DNA from: Negaprion brevirostris
Taxonomy: Eukaryota
Reading direction: 5' to 3'
Assembly (NCBI GenBank): GCA_030324005.1
Contig: JARDVH010000167.1
Coordinates: forward strand, 12,455,053 to 12,519,052
DNA length: 64,000 nucleotides
In this document: positions 11,716 through 23,400 of the stretch, piece after piece
Layout of the letters: each line of letters starts with the position of its first letter
Position numbering within the stretch: position 1 is the first letter of the stretch
Made by a program: the position numbers and the translations under genes
Notes under the pieces: model-generated
The model's input: only the letters and a program-made list of their open reading frames with translations
Told to the model about the DNA's origin: nothing
Databases searched by the model: none

Positions 11716-12206
11716 ACCAGGTTTTAGTCCATCCGATTTATTTGATAGTAAACTCACAAGCTTTCGAGGGGACTCCCTCTTCGGCAGGTGAATGGAGCGT
11801 TCAGGCCTCGGTCAGAGCATATAAAGCACAGACAGTTTAGAGATTACTGATTAGAATGCGAATCTTTACACCTAACCTGCTGTTCAAGTNNNNNNNNNNN
11901 NNNNNNNNNNNNNNNNNNNNNNNNNNNNNNNNNNNNNNNNNNNNNNNNNNNNNNNNNNNNNNNNNNNNNNNNNNNNNNNNNNNNNNNNNGAATGCCCGTG
12001 ACCACTGAAGTGTTCGCCAACAGGAAGGGAACAGTCTTGCCTGGTGATTGTCGAGCGATGTTCATTTATCCGTTGTCGTAGCGTCTGCATGGTCTCCCCA
12101 ATGTACCATGCTTTGGGACATCCTTTCTTGCAACGGATCAGGTGGACAATGTATCAGGTAGACAATGTATCAGGTAGACAATTCCAACGCCGGCACATCC
12201 ACATCA
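11716..12206 (-). mobile_element. 5'-truncated Penelope-like element: GIY-YIG fragment plus pLTR with hammerhead core
   Basis: IVHLIRCKKGCPKAWYIGETMQTLRQRINEHR...PVGEHF. Hammerhead-like core at 11787-11762. 12-bp direct repeat TGGTCAAGCAAC at 11704-11715 and 12207-12218. Confidence 0.9.
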
Positions 12207-12482
12207 TGGTCAAGCAACCCAAGGAGCAATGGACAGGAAGTGAAAGATAATTCACGAGTGGGAAATTAGAACAAAAATATTCACACGGATTTTTAAAGAA
12301 CTCTAATAAATTGGTTAAATGTCATTTCCCTTTACAAAACCATGCCAATTCATCCTGGTTCCGTTTACTTTTTCTAAGTGCGCAGCTAGACCCTCTTTAA
12401 TGATCAATTCTAACACGTTCCCCAGGACAGACATTAAGCTAACTAGCCTACAGATTCACTATAGATGAACTTATTTTTCCAG

Positions 12483-12594
12483 AATCGAGCAGCTCGTGTT
12501 CGTGTTGGCAAAGGTGATAAACCAGTTACCTACGAGGAGGTGCATCCACCTCACTTCATTGCTCACAGGAAAGGTTGGCTCTCTCAACACACCA
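12483..12594 (+). CDS. MRPS24: MRPS24 coding exon 3 ([37 protein letters not shown])
   Basis: ttttccag acceptor, A|gtaagt donor, 112 nt. Nearly identical to the vertebrate MRPS24 motif. Confidence 0.97.
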
Positions 12595-13038
12595 GTAAGT
12601 GATTTACAAATTTATTTTTGAATACATTAAAATCAACTCGCCATAGTTAGCAACAAAATACCCCAAGATTTCCCTAAAAGAAAGATAGCGCGGTAAAATG
12701 CATTGAATGTACACAAGGCAGTATCATTGTTTACAGTTTCCAAGTAAATCACTTGGCCAGTACAGCATATGAGAAAATGAACGGAGATTGATTTAAATTG
12801 GATATGACTGAAAAATTTATAATTGTGATTCAATCTGCTAATGGTGTTCCGATTTCAAAAAGTTCAGCAATCTTTGTACATAAAGAAATATGGATCATAG
12901 CCTTCTCCACAAGTTGTTCTGAACAGACTGCCCAGAGGGTAGTGCTGTTGAGGACTTGTATGATTTGCTATCGGATTAACTGTTCTGGCAACACCTGGGT
13001 AACAGTAAAGTACACTAAACATCTTCAACTTGATTCAG

Positions 13039-13322
13039 GCAACCTGGATGGCGAAGAGGGAGCTGCAGACCGCACAATTGAAGATGTTTTCATTCGCAAA
13101 TTTATTTATGGAACATTCCACGGATGTCTGGCCAATGAAGTGGTCTTGAAGAGAAGAGCTAACGTCATTGTCATCTGCACCATCTTCATTCAGAAATTGC
13201 CACCTCAAAAGTTCTATTTCTTAATTGGCTATACTGAGACTCTCCTTTCATACCTGTATAAATGTCCTGTCAAGATGGAAGTTCAGACAGTGGAGAAGAA
13301 AATTGTGTACAAATACATATGA
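13039..13322 (+). CDS. MRPS24: MRPS24 last coding exon ([22 protein letters not shown]...KIVYKYI*); mitochondrial ribosomal protein uS3m
   Basis: ttcag acceptor, phase 1 matches exon 3. C-terminus [20 protein letters not shown]...YKYI. ATTAAA at 13373-13378. Confidence 0.97.
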
Positions 13323-13507
13323 TTGTATGCTCCAATTATTCAGTTAGTACTATTGCCTGATGGTTTTGTAAAATTAAAACCACTCTACATTTTGGATTCA
13401 AAAATGGTCATTGTTGCAGTAGTTTATCTGCCTTTTCTAATTTTGTCCTTTCTGCCATTATGCTATGTTTTGTGTGCTACACATTAAAAACTGTGGACTT
13501 TAGACTC

Positions 13508-13736
13508 AGAGACTCCCGACAGTGCAGATGGAGGCCATCCGGCCCAATGAGCCTGCAAACCCACGTATTTATTCCACAAATCCACATGACACTAAGGGGC
13601 AATTTAGCATGACCAGAAACCAGAGGAAACCCATGCAGACAAGGAGAGAATATGCAAATGCCACATGGACCTGAGTGTCCACCTGAGTTTGGATTTGATA
13701 GCTGGCACTGAGGCAGCAGTGTTAACCACCGTGCCG
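13508..13736 (-). mobile_element. HE1 V-SINE, internally deleted
   Basis: GGAGGCCATCCGGCCC...GGGGCAATTTAGCATG...GAGGCAGCAGTGTTAACCACCGTGCC. Confidence 0.8.
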
Positions 13737-14689
13737 GCTTTGTAGATGCAGGAGTCAAGGTTCTGCTATTTAACACCAGAGGCTCGAATGGAGTTAAGAA
13801 AGCAGTATCGAATTCACAGTGCAATTCAATTAAAACCGGTAAGTTCCTGGACACAGTCAGTCATCTCTGGCTGCAGATGCACACTGTTGCAAGGGAAATC
13901 AGAGCAGCAGTTGGTCAAACTACTGAAATATCACCTTAATCGGCCAATGGTAATATTGATGCAACTAAGGGAAATCAATTTCAAACAAGCGTGCAAGTCA
14001 TCGTAATCCTGCAACACTGAAAAATGCAGGAGCTATAGCTAGATTGCTTCTTTAAATAGGATTGGCTTAGGGCAGGAAGTCTCTGAAATCTGTATTGCTT
14101 TCCATTCGGCAGCACTATGTCAGTGTTCATTAAATGTCATTAAATGTAGATGACCGGTAAAATTCTAAATTATGGCCATTTTACTGTCTACCATTCACTA
14201 GAATGGAAGTCACATTAATAAACAAATGACTTTAAAATAGTGATACTGCATTTAAATGGCTATGATCTATACAGTAGTCATTAATTGTTGAATATTTTAA
14301 GAATTGTTTACAAAAACAAAGATGAAGCTCTTGTTTCAAAGTTGAAGACCTAGTAATATATGCTGCCCTCTAATGGTGCTTCCCTTCATTACAAGACAGC
14401 AACAAATGTGATTTTTTTTGCATGCAATTTCCTTCCGTAAATCCTAGAAAAGGGTTTTACCAAAAAGTGAAGCCTTTGTATTTGAAGGTTCCTTTACAGA
14501 GAGATGGTCAAAGAGGCACAACTCAGCATTGGAGTAACTGCTGTAGTGGATCAAACCAGTCAGTGCCACGACCTCTGTGCTTATTTTCCTTAAATAATTT
14601 ACAGTATTTTGAACTTGCTGACAAGATTGGAGATTATTATCTATTCCTAATCTATGAAAGTTGAAGCTAACTTTCTGAACGATTGCAGT

Positions 14690-15980
14690 CCATAAGGTGC
14701 AGGGACACCTATAGCACTATGAGCGTGTGGAGTTCCAGGACTTTTACCAAATGTTGAGGAAGTAAAGGCAATCTCGTTCCAATTGACTTGGAGGAAAGCT
14801 TCCAGAGAGTCAGTCTTCCAATGGGCCTGTCACTTCACTTCAAGAGGTGGTGTTGAAGCAGGTTAGCTGAGTTCCTACATTGCATCTTGTAGATGGTAAA
14901 CACTGCTGTCACTGTGCAGTGGTTGTAGAGGGAGTGAATATCGATCAAGCAGACTGCTTTATCCTGGATGGTGTCAAGCTTCTTGAGTATTGTTGAACTT
15001 GCACCCATTCAGCTAAGTGAAGAGTTAAGTGTTTTATCATAACCCCGACTGGTGCCTTGTCGATGGTGGACAGGCTTTGGGGAGGTATGAGGCGAGTTAC
15101 TCTCCATAGTGTTCCTAGCCTCTGACTGGATCTTGTAGCAACAGTAAATGGCTAGTTCAGTTCCATTGCTGTTCACTGGTAATGCCCAGGATGTTGCTTG
15201 TGGGTGTTTCAGCTATGGTAATACCATTCAAGGTCAAAGGGTGATGGTTCGACTCTCGTTTCAGGTCCTCGTGTGGCACACTATTACTTGCTTCCTATCA
15301 ACCCAAATCTGCGACTTGTCCAGGTCTTGCTGAACATGAACTGCTTCAATATCTGTGGAGTCATGAATAGACAGCATCGTGCTCTCATCAACAGACATCC
15401 CCATTTCTGACCTTGAGAGGAAAGAAAGTCATTCATGTAACAGCTGAAGATACTCACCAGAGGAAATTTTGTTGCCATGTCCTGAGATTGAGATGACTCA
15501 CTTCAAACAGTCATAATCCTTGTGCTTGACATGAGTCTAATCAATCAGTTTCTCCTGACTTGAATTTTATTCAGGTTTATTGATGCTCCATTCAGACAAT
15601 TGGGGCCTGAGCCAAGGACAGGCACTCTTGCCTTATCGTTGGAATTCAACTCTTTTATCCTCCAATGGATCAAGGCTGATCAGAACAAGCACTTGACAGG
15701 ATTTTGATCACACTGCTGGGCTTAGAGTCCTGACATTGGAAGTAATTGGCTAAGAGATTTTTCCTTCTCTTTCTGCAAGGGACATAGCTCAGCAATTTTG
15801 TACATTGTTGCAACTACTGGAACAGCTTGGCTAGTGACACCATATTTTGGGCGCTAAGATTTGTCAAGGCTTATAACCTTGGCTGTATCCATTGGGTTCA
15901 GCTGTTCTTTCTTATCACACAGACTGAATTCAATTCGTTGAAGACTGGCTGATGTGAGGGTGGAAACTTCGGGGGCAGAG
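14690..15980 (-). mobile_element. Decayed CR1/L2-group LINE RT and C-terminal region
   Basis: Remnants of VTRLIPPQSLSTIDKAP...LKKLDTIQDKAVCLID and QQDLDKSQIW on the minus strand, with many stops. Confidence 0.65.
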
Positions 15981-16544
15981 ATGAATCATGCACTCCACAA
16001 TCAGCCACTTTCAGCACTGTAACAGTCAATCACATGTTGCAGCATTTGGAAAAAAACTACTACTTCCACTCTTCAAACAGTGGCTCCACTTCTCATCTTA
16101 CCTTCTCCGCAAGCTCAGAAGATGTGGCATCTGCCCTTCCATCCTGTCCCTTCTCTCATCCCTAAACACTCCTTCCAGCCCAAACCACACTCTCCTTGTA
16201 CTCAGCATCCTGTAAATCAATATTTATGATGTGCTGGGGGTGCACAAACACAGATTGAGTGATTGCTTTGCTCAGTACTTTGTTCTATGCCAGACTGGTC
16301 ACCTTGCTCTTCTTTTCAGTGTGATTGTCCTGCACACGAGAATTCTCATTGGAGGAAACCCCATACAGAAGTTAGGTGAAATCTCTACACCTATTCAAAA
16401 TGAAGTTCTTACAAAACAACAGAACTGGTTGTCTGCATTTGATGTCAAGTACATAAATGCACTGTGTAAAATACAAGCTACTGTAGTGAAAACTCCCAGC
16501 TGCAATAAAAAGGGCATCGGAACAAGTCTCAACGGCAGGTTAAG

Positions 16545-16673
16545 AGTGACTCACCTGGTGAAGGAGCAGAGCTCCGAAAGCTCATGATTCCAAATAAATC
16601 TGTTGGATTTTAACCTGGCGTTGTGAGACTTCTTACTATGCCCATCCCAGTCCAATGCCGGCATCGCCACATC
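16545..16673 (+). mobile_element. Penelope pLTR end (family B) with hammerhead-like core
   Basis: CAC CTGGTGA A GGAGC AGA GCTCC GAAA GC TC ATG, followed by the same terminal sequence seen at 11716-11760, 12183-12205 and 54105-54280. Confidence 0.8.
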
Positions 16674-16684
16674 TTAAAAAGGAG

Positions 16685-16951
16685 GAAACATAGAAGATAT
16701 GAGCAGGAGGAGGCCATTTGGCCCTTCAAGTCTGCTCTGCCGTTAATCAGGATCATCGCTGATTGTCCAACCCAAGAGTCTAATCCTGCTTTCTCCCCAT
16801 AACCTTTGATCCCAGTCACCCCAACTGCTATATTCAGCTACCTCTTGAATATATTCAATGTTTTAACATCAATAACTTCCTGTGGTAATGAATTCCACAG
16901 GCTCACTACTCTTTGGGTGAAGAAATGTCTCTCCATCTCCGTCCTAAATGG
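16685..16951 (-). mobile_element. CR1 LINE 3' end
   Basis: FRTEMERHFFTQRVVSLWNSLPQEVIDVKTLNIFKR plus the CR1 tail. Confidence 0.9.
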
Positions 16952-18624
16952 NNNNNNNNNNNNNNNNNNNNNNNNNNNNNNNNNNNNNNNNNNNNNNNNN
17001 NNNNNNNNNNNNNNNNNNNNNNNNNNNNNNNNNNNNNNNNNNNNNNNNNNNNNNNNNNNNNNNNNNNNNNNNNNNNNNNNNNNNNNNNNNNNNNNNNNNN
17101 NNNNNNNNNNNNNNNNNNNNNNNNNNNNNNNNNNNNNNNNNNNNNNNNNNNNNNNNNNNNNCCATGAACCAGAGCAATCATGCATTGTAACAGAAGAAGT
17201 GTCCTTTGCCATTAAAGATTCATCGCAGTGGTAACTTGGTGCAGTTTTATTAATTCAGTTGACAATGAGTTGATCACAAAGGCATTTTAAAAAGAATCTC
17301 CTGTCCTCCACTTCAGTAACCTGATATAAAATCAATGAAAATAATTTGAAAATGGAACAAATATTTAAAAGCTCAATTAGCGTACACAAGGCAATTTCAT
17401 TGCAAGTTAATTTTTCTTTAATCTGTAAAAACTTCTACAATTCTGCAGTTAAAAATGAGCACCTCGCAGGCTTTCTCGAAGCAGGGGAATTTCAACAATC
17501 AGATTGTCAATCCAGGGCCTGTACAATTCACTTGTATTTAAAACTCCAGGAACTTTGCACTGTTAATGGAAATTTTACCCCATGTGACCCTAGCTGATAG
17601 TGAACTAGATGAGAATATTCTGGGGAAGACTTTTCCTGTTTATAAATCTGTATTTCGTGAATGTATATCTAATATTGCTGTAAATACCATGTAATGGTGA
17701 CATCCCTGTGCACTAATTTTAAGGATTAAAGGTTGCAGAGGTGACTTTATATGCGGAGTTGGATAGGATTCACTGAACTCAAAGTGGGTCAGGTCGTCAT
17801 CTTGAGTGCAACTTGGGTTCAACCAAATTTGTTGCATCACTCAACACACATTCAACTGCATCTACCATTTATCTGCCCATTTTAAGTCATGCAATTTTAT
17901 ACCTATTTGGGATTAAAAAGTAAACATTACCTGCTCATTTTCACATCCTTTCATATCTCTCAAATTAAGCATGGTAGAAAAGTTGCTGGCGTCTAAAAAT
18001 GGTATATTAATGCTGTTGGCCAAACTGAATGAGATTCCCCACACTGCACATTACAGCATAAAAACATTGGTATTTTTATGCTCCAATATATTTTATTGAA
18101 GCATAAAAACATACTAGCCTTGCAAATTTGTACTCAACATTGTCCCTCCTCATACCATGCACACAAACAGCACTCCAGCTTCCCCAACTGGCCTTTATAC
18201 CTCCTCCTCGCCCTGAGTTTGGAAGCTGACTTGCTTACCATTAATCCCGCAACTTCCTTAATTCGTGCCCCCTCGGGGTTCTCGCTTCATATCTCCTGTC
18301 CGTGTTCAACGACAGACTCCGCTTTCTTTCTGTGGCCTCTGAGGCTGGTCCAATACAGCAGGCAACTCCAGAATTTATCAACCCATATTTCTGCCCTTTT
18401 GCAATCCATTCTCACTGTTTCAAAATCCATGCTAGATTTTTCCAATGTGCCAAACTATTGAGCTAACAGCACACAAGTTCCTGGCGTTTTAAGTGTGTCT
18501 GAGTAATGCCCTGGATTCCATTGCTTTCAGAAAGCCTCTGATGTGCTTCCTAGAGTGGCTTCAAGCCCCAATTAATCGTAAAGCTGGAAAAATATTTTGA
18601 GTACTTACTTGCTGAGTACTTACA

Positions 18625-18910
18625 GCTGTGTCACAGTGGTTCACACTGCTGCCTCACAGCACCAGGGGNNNNNNNNNNNNNNNNNNNNNNNNNNNNNNNN
18701 NNNNNNNNNNNNNNNNNNNNNNNNNNNNNNNNNNNNNNNNNNNNNNNNNNNNNNNNNNNNNNNNNNNNNNNNNNNNNNNNNNNNNNNNNNNNNNNNNNNN
18801 NNNNNNNNNNNNNNNNNNNNNNNNNNNNNNNNNNNNNNNNNNNNNNNNNNNNNNNNNNNNNNNNNNNNNNNNTTCATTGCAGTGTTAATGTGAACCTATT
18901 TGTGACACAA
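18625..18910 (+). mobile_element. V-SINE tail type 2, mostly within a gap
   Basis: Head CACAGTGGTTCACACTGCTGCCTCACAGC and tail TTCATTGCAGTGTTAATGTGAACCTATTTGTGACAC. Confidence 0.75.
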
Positions 18911-19959
18911 ATTATATATGTAAATAGTCTTCTGCCGATAGCAGAAAAACAGGCCAGTTGGCCAAACTGATCCACCCTCCTCTCTTCCTAATGCAATTAA
19001 CCATATGGGCTTCAAATGCAGCTGCTGCCCCTGTCTGTTTGCTTGATGCAACAAAAAAGTTGTATTTATCGAGAACTTCCAGTGTAACCAAATGTCTGAA
19101 GGTGTGAAAAAGTGAAAGAATTTGCAGATACTTACAATGTCCGCACATTCTGTGACGTTCTTCATATAAACTATTCATTGGTTCAGACTGCAAGATGCAG
19201 CCAGTTCTGTTTTGCGTATCACCTGATTCAGATTGGGTCTTACCCCGAGGGTTAAAAACAGAACTTTTGGCTCACAGTGAGCAATAGGAAAATCAAGGGA
19301 AAACGGTCTCATTTGCTCCTTCATGGCTGGTATTGTGCTCTGCAGTTCTAGTAGAGAATTGGTGTGTCATTGTTAACTTTGATCAACAATGTTCACAAGC
19401 CAGGACGTGCCGCCATCATCCTGAGAAATTGATGATGGGTGCTCTCCTTGAACTAGTGCAACCTGGATGATGATGCGCTACCACAGTCAGTACTGGTTGA
19501 ATTGCCACACAATGAGCTGATTGGAGAGAACGATGCATCAGGTTACACTGACCAATAGATGGGCCAACCACTCATTAGGTGAGCATTCTTTGCTCACCTT
19601 TGTTTCTCAACAATCACTCAGTGAGACAGAGCACCCCTCCCCAGTTTCCCACAATAGTCAGTAAGGGAAGAATTCTTGACATCTCTGGGGTAAGCAACAT
19701 TTTTTGAGATGCCCAATGTCTGACATGTCAAATAACAGGGAAAATTTGTTCAGGCCATCAAGCAGGTTATTTTGCTGATCTATGTAGTTAGTGGAAATGG
19801 TCTCTTCTATCTAACCAATTTACTCTGGAATGGCCCACATGATTTTCTTCCATCACACCTTCCCCTCCAAAATCCAAACTCCATCAGCTTTGGTTTTCGA
19901 TTTTAATTAAGATGCATCTTTCATTTTTATTCCTTTGTCTGTCCTTTTAGCTCCCACCT

Positions 19960-20400
19960 TCTAAAACAATGATTCCTTCAGTGGCCTCCCTACTTTCGCA
20001 ATCCACAAACTCTCCAGTGAACTAAACTCTGCTGATCACAACGTGCCCCACACTCAAGTCCCATTTGTCCATCACCCCCTCTGCACTAAGCTGCATTGTC
20101 TCCCCAGCTCCTAATGCTTTCAGTTCCAAATCCTTGTCTCAAAGAGGTGCTTCCCCATGCTTACAAACCCCTCCAGCTGACAATTCTGTTCCAAATGCTC
20201 CAAATCTCCTGGATCTCAGCATGCTGTCCCATCCCTTTATTCCTCTACACAGCCACCTCCACCTAACTCTTAGAAATTCAGAATCAAACCATTTAATCTG
20301 GCTTTCAGTCATCCCTTTTACGCTGCTTTCTGGCTCAGCCTCAATCTTATTTGGAAAGTACGTTGGGATTTCTTTTAATACAAGGACATTCTGGTTGCCT
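19960..20400 (+). mobile_element. Very old L2-like LINE 3' fragment
   Basis: Pyrimidine-rich sequence with the remnant CCATCACCCCC...CTGCATTGTCTCCC (ITP..LHWLP). Confidence 0.45.
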
Positions 20401-20444
20401 GCAAATTGTACCTCGATTAGACAAGCACAGAAAGCAGACCCTCC

Positions 20445-23400
20445 ATTTGAACACTGAGAACTGTTTATTGAAATTAATATCAAGCAAGTCGGTATTATTT
20501 TCCCTTTAGATCAATGGAATGTCATTACAAAACTTCAAAATTAACCTTTTATGAAAGCAAACCATGGCAAATTTTCAACTTTAATTTGAAATAAAATTTT
20601 CTTTAAGAAAAAGAGCCATCTCAGTGACTAATCATATACAAAAAGAATTTGAACAATCCTACATTCAAACACATAGAATACAGTCACAGGCTAGATTACA
20701 AGCAGTCCAATTAGTGAGGAGAGGGGCGATGTCCATGTACATTCAGTAAAGCTGCAAGTTTTCACACTCTTGTGCAATTACATGTGGAAATGACAAGATT
20801 TAAGAGCAGCATTCTGCAAACTCTGAACAGCAACAGGTTGTCTTTGCAACAATACACCCCAAGTGGTTTGATAAGGGAAGTTAGTGTTAGTGTGTTCTGT
20901 CAGTATTCTGAATCCCCAAATCCTGTCTTTGTTTGCAAAGCAATTCAATTTTCTCCAAAAGAAAAGTAACATGATCAGCTGTAACAAGCTGTACAAATGT
21001 CATATTTTAAATAAATGGGGAAATACAAAAGGAATTGTTTTTGATTGCTGTGCAACGTTATCCTATTGTACACAGTATTTGCAAGAAACACTTCATTACC
21101 TGAAAATGAGCTATACTGAATTGTAATTAGTCAACATTTCATGGCGTTACAAAAATATACTGCAGCACTGTCTACCTATAAATAAAATTACAAAAACAAA
21201 TATAACTGTGAAATGATACAGAACTTTCAAGTAATAAAAAATATCTTAGACACTTTTGTGTGAAGCCAGGTAAGAGGAGCGACTGTTTAGTACCAGTGAT
21301 GATTCTAATGAATCAACGCTCTTTGAGTTGGATTTTAATCCGTTTTCTCTCGCAAAAATAACTTGACAGCATCCAAAAGGAGGAAGCTTTTAAGTGCAAT
21401 ACATTTGCTGAATTTGTTAACTGATGGTGTTAAAAAAAGACACAAAACCCCTCGCTATGGCAGGATTAATCCAAATGTGTAATACTGAGTTAGAGACAGA
21501 AAGGCATGGAAAAGGATGGTCTTTCCGAAGGAGGATCATTTCGATCTGAAACGTTCACTTCACTGATGTTGCCAGACCTGCTAAGTTCGTCCAGCATTTC
21601 TGTTGTTATTTCAGATTCAAAGCATCTGCAGTATTTTGCTTTTATTTGAGTGAAAATAGCTGAGGGTCTATTTGTACCACAACATCAGAGTCATTCAAAG
21701 CCACAGAGGGGTTGCTGCCTGTTTATGGAGTCAGTTTGTGACACTGGAAGGCCAACAGGTTCAGTGAAATTCTGGCAACAATTGAGTTGGACCTTCTCTC
21801 CCAATGAGGACATCCCTCAGACACTTGGCAAAACATTCCCAGAGTTGTGGAAGTCTGGCCTCAATCAAGACATTTCAACAGCTGGGGAAGGGCCTCGCAG
21901 AGAGTTGTACACTGATTTAACAAGCCATCTAGAAATGGACACTGAAGCTGGCAATCCACATCCGTAGTGACACTGCAACATAGAGCTTGTGCACAAGGCC
22001 TCTACTTCTACAGCCTGACCAGAGAAACTTCCTATCACAACAACTTCACACTCTTTAGTTCTGTCAGTGTGAACTGTCATTCAAAGTGCTTTATTTCAGT
22101 GTGTTTTGTTCATTATCCACCACCCCCACCTCAGTTTCCCATGTTCAGGGAGTTCTGAAAGCTAGCATATGAGATTTATGTTCCCCACAAACAATTTTCA
22201 CCTGTACTTTCTCGCTGGCTCTTGGTGATTCGATTATGCTTGGAAAACATAATTGAAAAAGCANNNNNNNNNNNNNNNNNNNNNNNNNNNNNNNNNNNNN
22301 NNNNNNNNNNNNNNNNNNNNNNNNNNNNNNNNNNNNNNNNNNNNNNNNNNNNNNNNNNNNNNNAGCACCCTCCAACAGGATTGGTGAAGTATGTACAAAG
22401 TCATCATTCTCAGTGACTTCTCATCCAAGTAACAAGCCAGGCCTGTTTGTTGCTGTGAGGATACCCCATGCACCCAATATCATCTGTCCTTTCCCAAGTC
22501 ACAATTCTCTTGTGAACACATTATAAATGCCATCCAGCTAAGAGCAAGTCACAACAAGACATGGTAACTACTCCAGAAGCAGTCAGTCCAAGTGGTTATC
22601 AGTCTTGCTTTGTCAAATTGGAAAAACCCAACCTTGTATTATTTCTTTAACCAATGTGCAATTCCTAGCAGAAATAGATCAGATATCAAGAGTTGACCAT
22701 TTTGTTTCTCAGAATCCCTTCTCTTCCACTCCAAAGTGACCAGAATCCATGTCCTTTCCACAGTGTCACAGAGCCTCACAGTTGATAAACACCCACCAGC
22801 ATTGAAGAAAATCTTGGAAGAACATAATAAATTAAAGCAATGCTGTACATGTATAGCTGTTCCCATTTCTAACAGACAGGATTGTTAAACTTACCCCAAG
22901 TTTCTGCATTTCTCTTTGTAGTTCTCATGATAAATGGTTTCAACTGTTTCACCTGAATCCTAGCCTTTCAAAACTTTGTACATTTAATGTTTCAGTATTT
23001 TTGGGTTCAAAACTGCTTGTAACTAAATTATTTCTGTATATAAAAATCTCAAGGCCAATTGGAGTGACTACGCATCCCCAACCAAAGAATATTCAGGGAT
23101 AAGAGATAATAGACCAGGGCCCAGCAAGAATAAACATACTTCCAGACATCCACCTTTCTGTACACAATGGAACGCTTCGCAGGTTAAAACCCTGTTCACA
23201 TGTTTCACTTATTTACATGATTATACAGTAAAAAAGTAACATTTAATTAATAAAACGCTTGTCCCACCGACAAACTGGTATGCAGCATTACAATCTTCAA
23301 CAATGATAAAGATACCCTTTTCCATCAGGCGGCACAAAGCAACTGAAGTAAAACTAGCAGGATATGGAGGGATACAACTAATAATGAAATAAACAATCTT

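Noticed and set aside
12798-13038. N-terminal 80 aa of the 174-aa ORF 12798-13322
   Set aside because: Intronic read-through; MRPS24 homology begins at the acceptor at 13039.
16150-16330. Faint GIY-YIG-like remnant (KHRLSDCFAQY)
   Set aside because: Too degenerate to call; at most another dead Penelope fragment.
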